Origin: Somniosus microcephalus
Taxonomy: Eukaryota
Direction: 5' to 3'
Assembly (NCBI GenBank): GCA_052327205.1
Contig: CM126208.1
Span: forward strand, 245,768,001 to 245,832,000
DNA length: 64,000 nucleotides
Shown: positions 51,352 through 61,402 of the stretch, in pieces
Numbering within the stretch: position 1 is the first letter of the stretch
Layout: every line of letters starts with the position of its first letter
The notes under the pieces: generated by a model
What the model saw: only the letters and a program-made list of their open reading frames with translations
What the model was told of the DNA's origin: nothing
Database searches by the model: none
Translations under genes and position numbers: made by a program

Positions 51352-52782
51352 GACACTAGAGAACAATTAAACAGGTCTTTACTCCATGGAGGTGCCACGA
51401 GGACTCCCTGGGTGGTCCTGTGGTTTGCGACGTGACATCATCGCGTTTGCCCGTGTTTTCCCGCGCTCTTAAAGGGGCCACGCCCCGTACATGCAAACTC
51501 TATATACAAAACACAGTAATGCTTAACACAATGGTACAGGTTTAGGCTGGTGTTAGAACATCATTAAAGAGAATTATATACAGTTAGCCAGAGTCATTCA
51601 GTGGTTCTGCCACAAGCTCAGAGTTTTTGAGCTGGAGTATGAGGTGCAGACATTGCAGGGCATCAGGGATGGGGAGAGATACCTGGACACTTTGATCCAG
51701 GAGGCAATCACAGGTTAGGTAGTGGTACAGGTCGGGTTAGTGGTCAGGGACAGGAGGGTGTGACTGCAACTCAGGCAGGTAAGGAGACCTCAGGTGCAGT
51801 ACTGCAGGAACCTCAGCCTTTGCCCTTGTCCAACAGGTATGAGGGAAAAGCCTGCAGGATGGATGAGCAAGCTGACCATGGTGCAGGAGGCCTTTCAAGT
51901 GGGGGGAGTGAAAGGGAATGTAGTTGTGGTAGGGGACAGTATAGTCAGGGGAATAGATACTGTTCTCTGCAGCCGCAACCAAGAGTTTCAAAGGTTGTGT
52001 TGTCAGCCTGGTGCCAAGGGCTAAAGACATCTCCTCGCGGCTGGAGGGGAACTTGGGGTGGGAGGGGGAGGATCCAGTTGTCGTGGTCCACGTAGGAACT
52101 AATGACATAGGTAGAACTAGGAATGAGGTTCTGCTGAGGGAGTTTCAGGAGCTAGGATCCAAATTAAAAAGCAGAACCTCAAAGGTAAAAATCTCTGGAT
52201 TGTTACCTGAGCCAAGGGCAAATTGGCCTAGGGACAAACAGAGTAGAGGTTTAAATGCGTGGCTCAAAGAGTGGTGTGGCATGAAGGGGTTTCAGTTCAT
52301 GGGGCACTGGCACCAGTACTGGGGAAAGAGGGAGCTGTTCCGTTGGGATGGGCTCCACTTAAACCGGGCTGGGATCAGTGTCCTGGCGAACCGAATAATG
52401 AGGGCAGTAGACAGGGCTTTAAACTAATGAAGCGGGGGGGGGGCGGTAGGAGGATTCAGGAAAGAGTAAATTTAAAAGCAGCGAGAGAAATGTCAAGGCT
52501 CTAGAGCAGAGTAGAGTTTTGGGTAAAAATAAGCAGAGTGGGTCAGGAAGGGACAGAGAGAGTAACAAAGGTAATAAGACATCAGTGACTAAGGTGACAT
52601 CAGGGAAAAAGAGAAATAAGTGGTAAGATTTGTTTTTGTTCTGTTTGAGTATATTTCTGCTAAGTAGATCATAGCCTATCTAATAGAGGGAAGTGCTGAT
52701 TGGTGGGTAGCTGTTGAGTGTTTCTTGTTAAGTTTTAAGTTTATTTCTGCTAAATTAACTCCATAGTCTTGGTGATAGAGGC

Positions 52783-54112
52783 ATGGCAGGGCAGCTCAGT
52801 CCTGTGATTTGCACATTCTGTGCCATGTGGGAAATCTTGGACGCTTCTTGCGGCCTGGACGCCCACGTGTGCAGGAAGTGTCGCCAACTGCAGCAACTCG
52901 AGCTCCAGGTTTCGGAGCTTGAGCGGCAGCTGGAGTCACTACAGTGCATCCGCGAGGCTGAGAAATACTTGGAAAGCACCTTTCTAGAAGTGGTCACCCC
53001 GCAGCCTCAGAATGTGTATGCAGAGGGGAAATGGGTGACCGCCAGACAGAAAAGGAGGACCTGGCAGGTAGGGCAGGAATCCCCAGAGTGCATCTCGCTC
53101 GCTAACCGGTTCACAGTTCTGGAAACTGGTGGGGGTGATGGTTCCTCCGGGGATTGCAGCCAGAGCCAAGGCCACGGCACCAAGGGTGGCTCAGCTGCAC
53201 AGGGGTGGAGGAAGAAGAGTGGGAGAGCAATAGTGATAGGGGATTCATTGGTTAGGGGAAAAGATAGGCATTTCTGTGGACGCAGACGTGACTCCAGGAT
53301 GGTATGTTGCCAGGTGCCAGGGTCCAGGATGTCACTGAGCGGCTGCAGGACACTCTGAGGGGGGAGGGTGAACAGCCAGAGGCCGTTGTCCATATCGGTA
53401 CCAACAACATAGGCAGAAAGAGGGATGAGGTCCTGCAGGCAGACTATAGGGAGCTAGGCGAGAGATTAAAAAGCAGGACCTCAAAGGTAGTAATCTCCGG
53501 ATTACTTCCGGTGCCACGTGCTGGTGAGTACAGGATTCGGAGGATAGAACAGATGAATGCATGGCTGGAGAGATGGTGCAGGAGGGAGGGTTTTAGATTC
53601 CTGAGGCATTGGGATCATTTCTGGGGAAGGTGGGACCTGTACAAGCCAGATTGGTTACATCTCAACAGAGCCGGGACCAATATTCTCACGGGGAGGTTTG
53701 CTAGTGCTGTTGGGGAGGGTTTAAACTTGCTTGGCAGGGGGATGAGCACCAGCATATAGGAGTAGAAAAGATGAATAAGGCGCATAAAAGAGTTCGTGTG
53801 TTGGATAGCACTAGAGAAGAAAGTAGTACTAGAGGCGGTAGTAGTACCATATTAGAGAGGAGCAGACTAAGAAACACTACGAAAAATTCAAAAATGGGTT
53901 TTGAATGCATGTTCGTAAACGCACAAAATGTGGTGAATAAAGTTGGTGAGCTACAAGCACAATTAACCATGTAGCAATATGATGTTGTGGCAATAACGGA
54001 AACGTGGCTTAAAAACAGTGAGAACTGGGCACTTAGTATTCAAGGGTACAAGGAGTTCAGGAAAGATAGTGAAGGATAAAAGGGAGGTGGGATGGCAGTG
54101 CTGATTAAGGAA
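52783..54112 (+). pseudogene. Second CR1 LINE 5' portion: ORF1 (esterase, frameshifted) and start of ORF2 endonuclease
   Basis: VICTFCAMWE...HVCRKCRQL, IVIGDSLVRG, VHIGTNN, PDWLHLN, then FVNAQNVVNKVGEL...VAITETWL. Confidence 0.85.
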
Positions 54113-54115
54113 TAA

Positions 54116-54199
54116 TGTAAGAAGTCACACAACACCAGGTTATAGTCCAACAGCTTTATTTGAAATCACAAGCTTTCGGAGCGCTGCTCCTTCTTCAGG
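54116..54199 (-). mobile_element. Penelope-like element terminal fragment with minimal hammerhead core
   Basis: Minus strand CTGAAGA-aggagc-agc-gctcc-GAAA-GCTT-gtgatttcaAATAAA. Confidence 0.65.
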
Positions 54200-54264
54200 A
54201 AGACATGTCCTAATTCTTCCATTTACATATGGCTGCCACTGAGAGACTGGGCACTTCTTAAAAA

Positions 54265-55390
54265 CCTAAGAATTAGGAGCAGGAGTCGGCCATACGGTCC
54301 CTCGAGCCTGCTCCGCCATTCAATAAGATCGTGGTGATCTTCGACCTCAGCACTTTCCCACCCGACCCCCATATCCCTTGATTCCCCGAGTCCAAAAATC
54401 TATCTATCTCAGCCTTGAATACACTCAACAATTCAGCATCCACAGCCCTTTGGGGTAGAGAAGTCCAAAGATTCACAATCCTCTAAGGGAAGAAATTCCT
54501 CCGCAGCTCAGTCTTAAATGGCCGACCCCTTCTCCTGAGACTATGCCCTCTAGTTCTAGACTCCCCAGCTAGGGGAAACAACCTCTCAGCATCTACCCGG
54601 TCAATCCCCTTCAGAATCTTACATGTTTCAATGAGATCATCTCTCATTCTTCTAAACTCCAGAGAGTAGAGGCCCAATCTACTCAATCTCTCCTCATAGG
54701 ACAGCCCTCTCATCCCAGGAATCAATCTAGTGAACCTTTGTTGCACCACCTCTAATGCAAGTATATCCTTCCTTAGACAAGGAGACCAAAACCGTGCGCA
54801 GTACACCAGGTGTGGTCTCACCAAAGCCCTGCACAATTTTAGCAAGACTTCCTTACTCTTGTACTCCAACCCCTTTGCAATAAAGGCCAACATGCCATTT
54901 GCCTTCCTAATTGCTTGCTGTACCTGCTTGCTAACTCTGCGTTTCCTGTACGAGGACACCTAAACCTCTCTGAACACCAACATTTAATAGTTCCTCACCA
55001 TTTAAAAAATATTCTGTTTTCCTATTCTTCGTAGCAAAGTGAATAACCTCACATTTCCCCCACATTATATTCCATCTGTCACCTTATTGCTCACTCACTT
55101 AACCTGTCTACATCTCTTTGCAGACTCTTTGTGTCCCCCTCACAGCTTGCTTTCCCACCTAGCTTTGTATTGTCAGCAAACCTGGATACATTGCACTAGG
55201 TCCCTTCATCTAAGTCATTAATATAGATTGTAAATAGCAGAGACCCCAACACTGATCCTTGCGGCACCCCGCCAGTTACAGCCTGCCAACTGACCCGTTT
55301 ATCCAAATTCTCTGTTTTTTGTCCATTAACCAATCCTCAATCCATGCTAATATATACCCCCAACCCCATGAGCCCTTATCTTGTGTAAAC
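54265..55390 (-). mobile_element. CR1 LINE 3' fragment
   Basis: KANGMLAFIAKGLEYKSKEVLLKLCRALVRPHL...RTRGHSL. Confidence 0.9.
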
Positions 55391-56103
55391 CCACCCTGAA
55401 ACCTGCTGGAAACTTGGTGGATCCTGTCCCTCCTCTCCACCATACAGGTGCAAATCCCAATTTAAGCCTTGCCCCAACCCCAAGAATTTCAGGGTCTGGG
55501 AAGGAGCGAGATGCATTCTAGTGATCACTGATCTTTCAGTCTGAAACCAACTTAGGAAAATTGGTGCAGTTTTATTGTGGCTTTTTTAATTGTGATTCCC
55601 AATCATTTTTGCACATATCAAATCAATACACCTTTTACTAAATTATAAATGTTCTGATTTTTGACGTGATTGAGTAGTCTGCTTCTACACCCCACCTCCC
55701 CCTCACCCCACATCCTTATCTAGCAATAGCAGAGACCCATTCATACCGGAAGACAGAGCAAATCACGATAGGGTAGATACTCTGATGTGAATACTCTCTT
55801 CAGTTCCCACTCTGAGAATTCTGTCACCAGTGCCACTGACCTCATTTTTCACTTGCTGGAGAGAAGGCTTCACTGAGACTGCTACTCTCAGACTTCTGGT
55901 GTGTAAAAATCGTTTAAACTACGTAATTTTCCATCTGGAAAATTTTACGGGTTATTTAACGTTCAGTTCTTCTCAATAGCTAATGTGACCATGTTTCATT
56001 CTCATTGAAGAGCCATAGGCCTAGAAATTCAGTTGCTTGCGCCACCAGTTTGTGCCCAAAGAGGCCACTCAGAGGCTTTAGCGCCTCTGGCCACAACCAC
56101 CGC

Positions 56104-59100
56104 TGTTAAGTATGTGTATTGTATTGAACAATTAACACAAAGACTTAAACGTATAACTCAAACAGGTCTTTACTGGTTGGAGGTAGGGACTATACTGAAT
56201 ACAAGATTACTGCACAGTGCTTATATACCGGTGTGTTCACCCCCGGTATTACGTCTACAGCAGCCTGAGAAAGTAGTACATCTCTTAAGGTGGAACAGGC
56301 TTAAGCTCTCTTAAGGTGGAACAGGTTACATACACAACACTCCTCCCTTCTTAGCTTTATAGTCATCCCCCCATTTAACATAACGTAATAACATATATAC
56401 ATATATAACTTCATGTTTAACGTAACATATCACAGATTCAGTCTCTGCGGAAAACAGTTCACAGATTCAATCTCTACGAACAGTTGCAACATACTCTTAG
56501 TGGGAACAGTTTACAGGTTCAGTCTCTGTGGGAACAGTTCGTAAATTCAGTCTCTGATCTTAATTCGTTCCAGACAGCATCTTTTCGTAGTGTTCGGCCG
56601 GAGGTAGTAGAAGTAACAATATTTTAAACAATTATTATTTTCGGCCTCTTCTTTTTCTTTTCTGCCTTTTTACAACTCTTGTCGTTCCCATCTTCTCGGC
56701 GGACAGCTGTAATGCTACCAACTCTCTATGTTCTTTAGACCTTAAGTGCTTCCTCCGGATTTCAACACTTTGGGAGTTTCCATCACAATTTGGGCATACC
56801 ACATCCTCGTAGTATTCACTATCACTCAACAGGTCGAGAGGCCCTTCTACTTCTTCCTTACCCAACTGGACGCTATCCGACTGCTGTTCCTTCTCTATCT
56901 CTCTTACTTCCCGTAGTAGAGCCACCTTCTTCCGATGTTCCGTAGACTTTTGGTGCTCCTCCATGATTTCTGCACTTTGGGGGTCGAAGTTACAAGCTGG
57001 GCAGGACAGGACATCGTAATATTCGGAGTCGTCCGACAGGTCATGGTAATATTCGGTGTCGTCCTGAGCTAGGCCAGCGAGAGGGTCGTCTATTTCCTCC
57101 ATACCCAGCTGGACGTTAGCCAGCTCTTGTTCCAAATCCAGACATCTTTCCTGAAGAGACTTCTTCATGTGTACCTCTGCATCCAGCTTTTTCTGGGCTT
57201 TCAGCAAGTCGTTTACTAGTGACCTCATTTGTGATTTTAATACTTCAACTTCCTTTGGAGATTGATTGCTCGGACTATGCAGTCCCTCTACCGGAGCAGC
57301 TGTTTCAGCGGTCTGTTGTTCTACATTGACGTGAGTCAGCGTACTTTTGGCATCCAATGGCTGCTCTGTTGCAGTCGTTTCAGTCTGTGTCGTCACATCA
57401 GCCATCTCAATGACTTTTGAGAGCTCCGAACCCTTTTCCTTTGAAGATCGCAGCTCGTGTTCAAGTTTTTCCCATTTCAGAGTCTTGTCCCTCAGCATAT
57501 GAAGGAGTTGGCTGACCGTTAACTCTTCTGACACCAGATTATGGCACGCACCTTCAGAACCTGAATCAGCTTTGATTCGTTCGGCCTCCTCGCGCAGATG
57601 GTTGGTGTGCTCCTGCTCCATTTTCTCCATCAGTTGCTTCTGTTGCCTTTCCAGATTCTCCCACTCTGTAACAAAGAACTTTTTTATTTCATTCATCTCT
57701 TGCTCAAAACGGCGAATCATTTGTTCTAATTGCTGTTGTAGTTTGAAATGGAGTTGAGTTCGAGCCCAGTGTCCCTCAAAAATGTGCATATCAGTAGACT
57801 TGACAGACTCAGAATTCTCTGTTAAACTATGTTGTTGTTGCTCAGTGGAATTCTGTGCTGAAACTTTGTCTTTTGCACATGGGTTGGTCTTACCATCATC
57901 AGTTCTAGAGTCTGGGCTGATTATCTGCACCGAGTTCTCACTCTTTATGGCTTTTAGCGAATGCCAGTCCATATTTATGTTTCTAAACCACTCCCGGCCT
58001 AGTAGTGGTGGACCTCCCTCCGGTAGCACATATAAGTCCATTATTTGACTTCCTTCGCCCTTGTTGGCCACTGCAACCTTTATTGTCCCGATGGGGTACA
58101 CTCTCTGCCCCGTGTAGGTTGTCAATATAATCTCCGTATCCTGTAGGGGAATATGTTGGAATAACCTTCTGTAATCTTTCTTATTCATGACCGACAATGC
58201 CGATCCAGTGTCCAATTCCATTTTTACTTGGACTCCTTCTATCTGAAGAGTAACCCAAATTGTCTGGAGGTCTGCACCCTTACCAACGTTGAGTACCCTT
58301 AAGCTAGCCAGTTCAATACTGCTTGCGTCTGAATCGGACTCCTGTTCGGCCACCTTGTGTACCTTTGCGTATTTTCCTTGCGGTGACTTCTTGTTGCTGG
58401 TCTTCTTCCCTGACCTGCATACTCTAGCTATATGTCCAAGCCTACCACAAGTTCTACATTCTTGGTTTTTAAACCAACACTGGTTCTGATCATGCGTTGT
58501 CTTTCCACAACGATAACATTTAACAGAACTCACACCCAATTTGTGTGCACTGAGCTCCAGTGACCGTAGCTGCATTACTGCCATGCCTCTCGCTGCGGCT
58601 TCGTGTGCTGCTGCCATAGTGACCGCCTTCTCAAGCGTCAGCTCATTCTCCTCGAGCAGTCGCTTTTGTGTATCCTGTTTAAATAAACCACACACAAATT
58701 TGTCTCGTAGTGCATCTGTCAGTCCCGTTCGAAACTGGCAATATTTCGCTAATTTACGCAATTCCAGCAAATATTCAGCATTGCTTTCATGCTGTAGCTG
58801 CCTTCTGTCGTAAAATTTAAATCGTTCCGCTAGCATCAGCGGCGTGGGGTTTAGATGATCTTTCAGGACAGTAACAATCTCATCGAACGTCTTATCCGCC
58901 GGTTCATCTGGTGATAACAGGTGTTTCAATTGCCCGTATGTCTTCGCACCCATTAAATTTAATAATGTTAGTGCTTTATCAGCCTCGCGAATTTTATTGG
59001 CCTTACAATAATTTTTAACTCGTTCAACATATATGGCCCAATCTTCGATGTCACTATCAAAGTTGCTAATATTCCCGTGTTTAGGCATTGTAGTACTTTA

Positions 59101-59906
59101 TCAGATTTGCAATTTCTCAGATTTTTTTTTTTTTTACTGCTATCCAAGATGGCGGCTTCCCGCTCTTGCCGTCGTCCTCCGCCCACAAAATGGCGGTTTT
59201 CCCGCGCTTGGCGGTCTTCACCCGTCCCCCGACGCCGTCTCCCTTCAGCCCCGAGTGCGGCCCTTATCTCCGCCGCGATCGATGGCCCGCGCTTTTCACC
59301 GCGGCTCTCGCACCTTCAGTGTCTGCCGACGCTGCGCCTTTCAGCCCGAGTGCGGCCCTTATCAGGGATTTCGATCGATGGCCCGGCTGCGCCTCGCACT
59401 TGAAAGCGGCCCGGCCCTTATCAGTGCTTGCGATCGATGGCCCGGCTGCGTCCCTCACTTCAAAGCGGCCCGGCCCTTATCTGCCGATCGCTATCGCCCT
59501 GTACCTCTCTCTTCCCCAGTCCTGTCTTCTACTCCGGTTCACAAGCTGATGGAGGCTTCAGGGTCCTAATGCCTGTCGCTTCCAGTGGGGTGGTGAGTGG
59601 TGAGGTTTGAAACCTCTCTTCAACCGCCGTGGAATAACTGCCGCAGGGTAAGAACCTGACTCGTCGCCAGTGTTAAGTATGTGTATTGTATTGAACAATT
59701 AACACAAAGACTTAAACGTATAACTCAAACAGGTCTTTACTGGTTGGAGGTAGGGACTATACTGAATACAAGATTACTGCACAGTGCTTATATACCGGTG
59801 TGTTCACCCCCGGTATTACGTCTACAGCAGCCTGAGAAAGTAGTACATCTCTTAAGGTGGAACAGGCTTAAGCTCTCTTAAGGTGGAACAGGTTACATAC
59901 ACAACA
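56104..59906 (-). mobile_element. Young non-autonomous Gypsy LTR element carrying captured host coding fragments
   Basis: Identical 236-bp LTRs at 56104-56339 and 59671-59906. PBS TGGCGACGAG next to the 5' LTR. PPT aagaagggagg next to the 3' LTR. No RT, RNaseH or integrase core. Confidence 0.95.
56635..59088 (-). CDS. Chimeric 817-aa Gag-protease fused to STK10/SLK-like, optineurin-like and 2x DNAJC21-like zinc-finger segments
   Basis: aa 1-380 are colinear with Gag-PR of the 47135 element (two [18 protein letters not shown]). aa 438-507 is a PKK coiled coil. aa 508-656 contains EELTVSQLL...TQTE...MKKSLQERC. aa 659-817 has two CPxC...H...H fingers and a basic tail. Uninterrupted ORF. Confidence 0.9.
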   Translation of the reverse strand: MPKHGNISNFDSDIEDWAIYVERVKNYCKANKIREADKALTLLNLMGAKTYGQLKHLLSPDEPADKTFDEIVTVLKDHLNPTPLMLAERFKFYDRRQLQHESNAEYLLELRKLAKYCQFRTGLTDALRDKFVCGLFKQDTQKRLLEENELTLEKAVTMAAAHEAAARGMAVMQLRSLELSAHKLGVSSVKCYRCGKTTHDQNQCWFKNQECRTCGRLGHIARVCRSGKKTSNKKSPQGKYAKVHKVAEQESDSDASSIELASLRVLNVGKGADLQTIWVTLQIEGVQVKMELDTGSALSVMNKKDYRRLFQHIPLQDTEIILTTYTGQRVYPIGTIKVAVANKGEGSQIMDLYVLPEGGPPLLGREWFRNINMDWHSLKAIKSENSVQIISPDSRTDDGKTNPCAKDKVSAQNSTEQQQHSLTENSESVKSTDMHIFEGHWARTQLHFKLQQQLEQMIRRFEQEMNEIKKFFVTEWENLERQQKQLMEKMEQEHTNHLREEAERIKADSGSEGACHNLVSEELTVSQLLHMLRDKTLKWEKLEHELRSSKEKGSELSKVIEMADVTTQTETTATEQPLDAKSTLTHVNVEQQTAETAAPVEGLHSPSNQSPKEVEVLKSQMRSLVNDLLKAQKKLDAEVHMKKSLQERCLDLEQELANVQLGMEEIDDPLAGLAQDDTEYYHDLSDDSEYYDVLSCPACNFDPQSAEIMEEHQKSTEHRKKVALLREVREIEKEQQSDSVQLGKEEVEGPLDLLSDSEYYEDVVCPNCDGNSQSVEIRRKHLRSKEHRELVALQLSAEKMGTTRVVKRQKRKRRGRK

Positions 59907-61402
59907 CTCGCGATATTTAGCGGGGCGCTAATGGCGGCGTTAGCCTGTAGTGCTGCGCCGCCACCGATTATGTCATCAGTGTGCGCAGCGCCCCGCTACC
60001 GCCCCGAGCGCCATATTAGGTCGCGCCCGCCTCTTCCGCGCCGGCCGCAAATAGCGACCGGTACACAGGGGCCTACCTGTGGCGGTAGTGGGGCGAGTTA
60101 AGGTGGAGGTGCGGCCGACCGCTTTTTCGGCGGCCGCCTGCCCGCACCTCCGTCCCCGGCCTCCTACACCCCCCCCCCCGCGGCATTGCCGGCTGTTTCC
60201 CGAGAGCCCGGCACTTCTCCTTGGTGCCGGGCTCATTTGCCGGCACTCGCGAGCGGGGATCGCGCTGTTGCAGGCACCTCCCCCTTAACAGTGGGCGGAA
60301 GGCCTGCAGTACCATAGCCTGCCGTGCCGCAGCGGGTGGCGCTGCGGCACTTTGCGCGCCGATATTCAGTTTCAGCGCCCCAAGCGGGGCGCCGAAAGCC
60401 TTGTGTAGCGGCCGGCTTCCACTTGGGGCACTGAAACTGAATATCCCGATGGCGCAAGTGGCTCCGCGCGCAGCGGTAATTCCGGCGCCCAGGCGAGCTG
60501 GGCGCCCCAAACTGAATTTTTAGCCCAGAATGAGTTCACTATTGTGATGTTCTGTTCACACTTAGAAGTAATTTCCTCAACACACATACATGCAAACTCA
60601 CACTATGACACTCTTAAGCAAGAATCAGGTCCCTTTAATGGCCACATAACGAATAATGAAGTTCTAGTCTGTTTCCTATTGCAGATATGTCCATTGTTTT
60701 ACGTAAAATGGAAGCGTGTTCAACAAGCTGAACTGTCTGAGAACTGTGCTAAATTTGTGGGATGTAGACATAACACCATCGTGCAGCTGGGGGTGGGAAT
60801 TGGGTGCTCTATGATGTTCTTCTACTTGACCTCCTGAGTGTAAACACTGAACTACATGCAAAAGTAACACTATGTATACACACAGATGGTTGCATTGAAC
60901 TTTGAAGCTTGGATTACGGGGTGGTCAAGTATATATTTTAAAAAATGGCCAAAGACTGGAAATCTGAAAAGAAAAAGATGCTGGCATCACGGAGCTAGGC
61001 CCATCAGTAAAAATGCAATTTCCAGCAATTTCTGTGGTTGTTATGCTAACTGGAGCTTGTCACTACAATCAAAAGGATTGGAATTCTGGGTTATTTAAAG
61101 CCTCAGTTATATAGCCACTTTCATGTCTATGCAAAGTCACTTCAGCCATGCAGCAAAGCTCTGGAGTCAAGCACTGATAGGACTCTGAAGCACAATAGAA
61201 CTGGAGCAATATGAGACCATCTGGGCTTGGGCTAGACTCCGTGTGAAACCCAGTTTTAAAAGTGCTCAGGAAGTCCACTGGACCTCTTGGGCACTTTACA
61301 AACTTACGGCAGAACCATTTTTAAGGTTATGGGAAAGTGGATATTCCTGCCCGCGCTCTCCTAACATTAGAAAAAGTGCTGTGGCAACAGGACTCTCTCC
61401 TA

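Larger units (their letters stand above)
46379..51614 (-). mobile_element. Solo LTR (46379-46420 + 51352-51614) interrupted by a Gypsy element
   Basis: TG...CA ends. 4-bp TSD AGCT (46375-78 and 51615-18). AGTAAA-type poly(A) signal on the minus strand. Confidence 0.8.
46266..52427 (+). pseudogene. CR1 LINE ORF1 (zinc finger/leucine zipper + SGNH esterase), split by nested LTR insertions
   Basis: MAVQVVCRNCSM*EF...HVCSKCLHLEKLQL (46266-46378) resumes as RVFELEYEVQTL (from about 51619), then VVVGDSIVRG, VVHVGTNDIG and WDGLHLN. Confidence 0.85.
56018..60526. mobile_element. Harbinger MITE (56018-56103 + 59907-60526) interrupted by the chimeric Gypsy
   Basis: TIRs ggcctagaaattcagtt / aactgaatttttagccc. 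Internal hairpin at 60361-60445. Confidence 0.8.

Noticed and set aside
56430-56560. Short spaced repeats superficially CRISPR-like
   Set aside because: Eukaryotic context, irregular spacing and no unique spacers. They derive from the integrase tail.
56635-57777. Calling host genes STK10, OPTN or DNAJC21 at this locus
   Set aside because: Only partial, intronless, diverged segments inside LTRs, so these are captured fragments rather than the genes.
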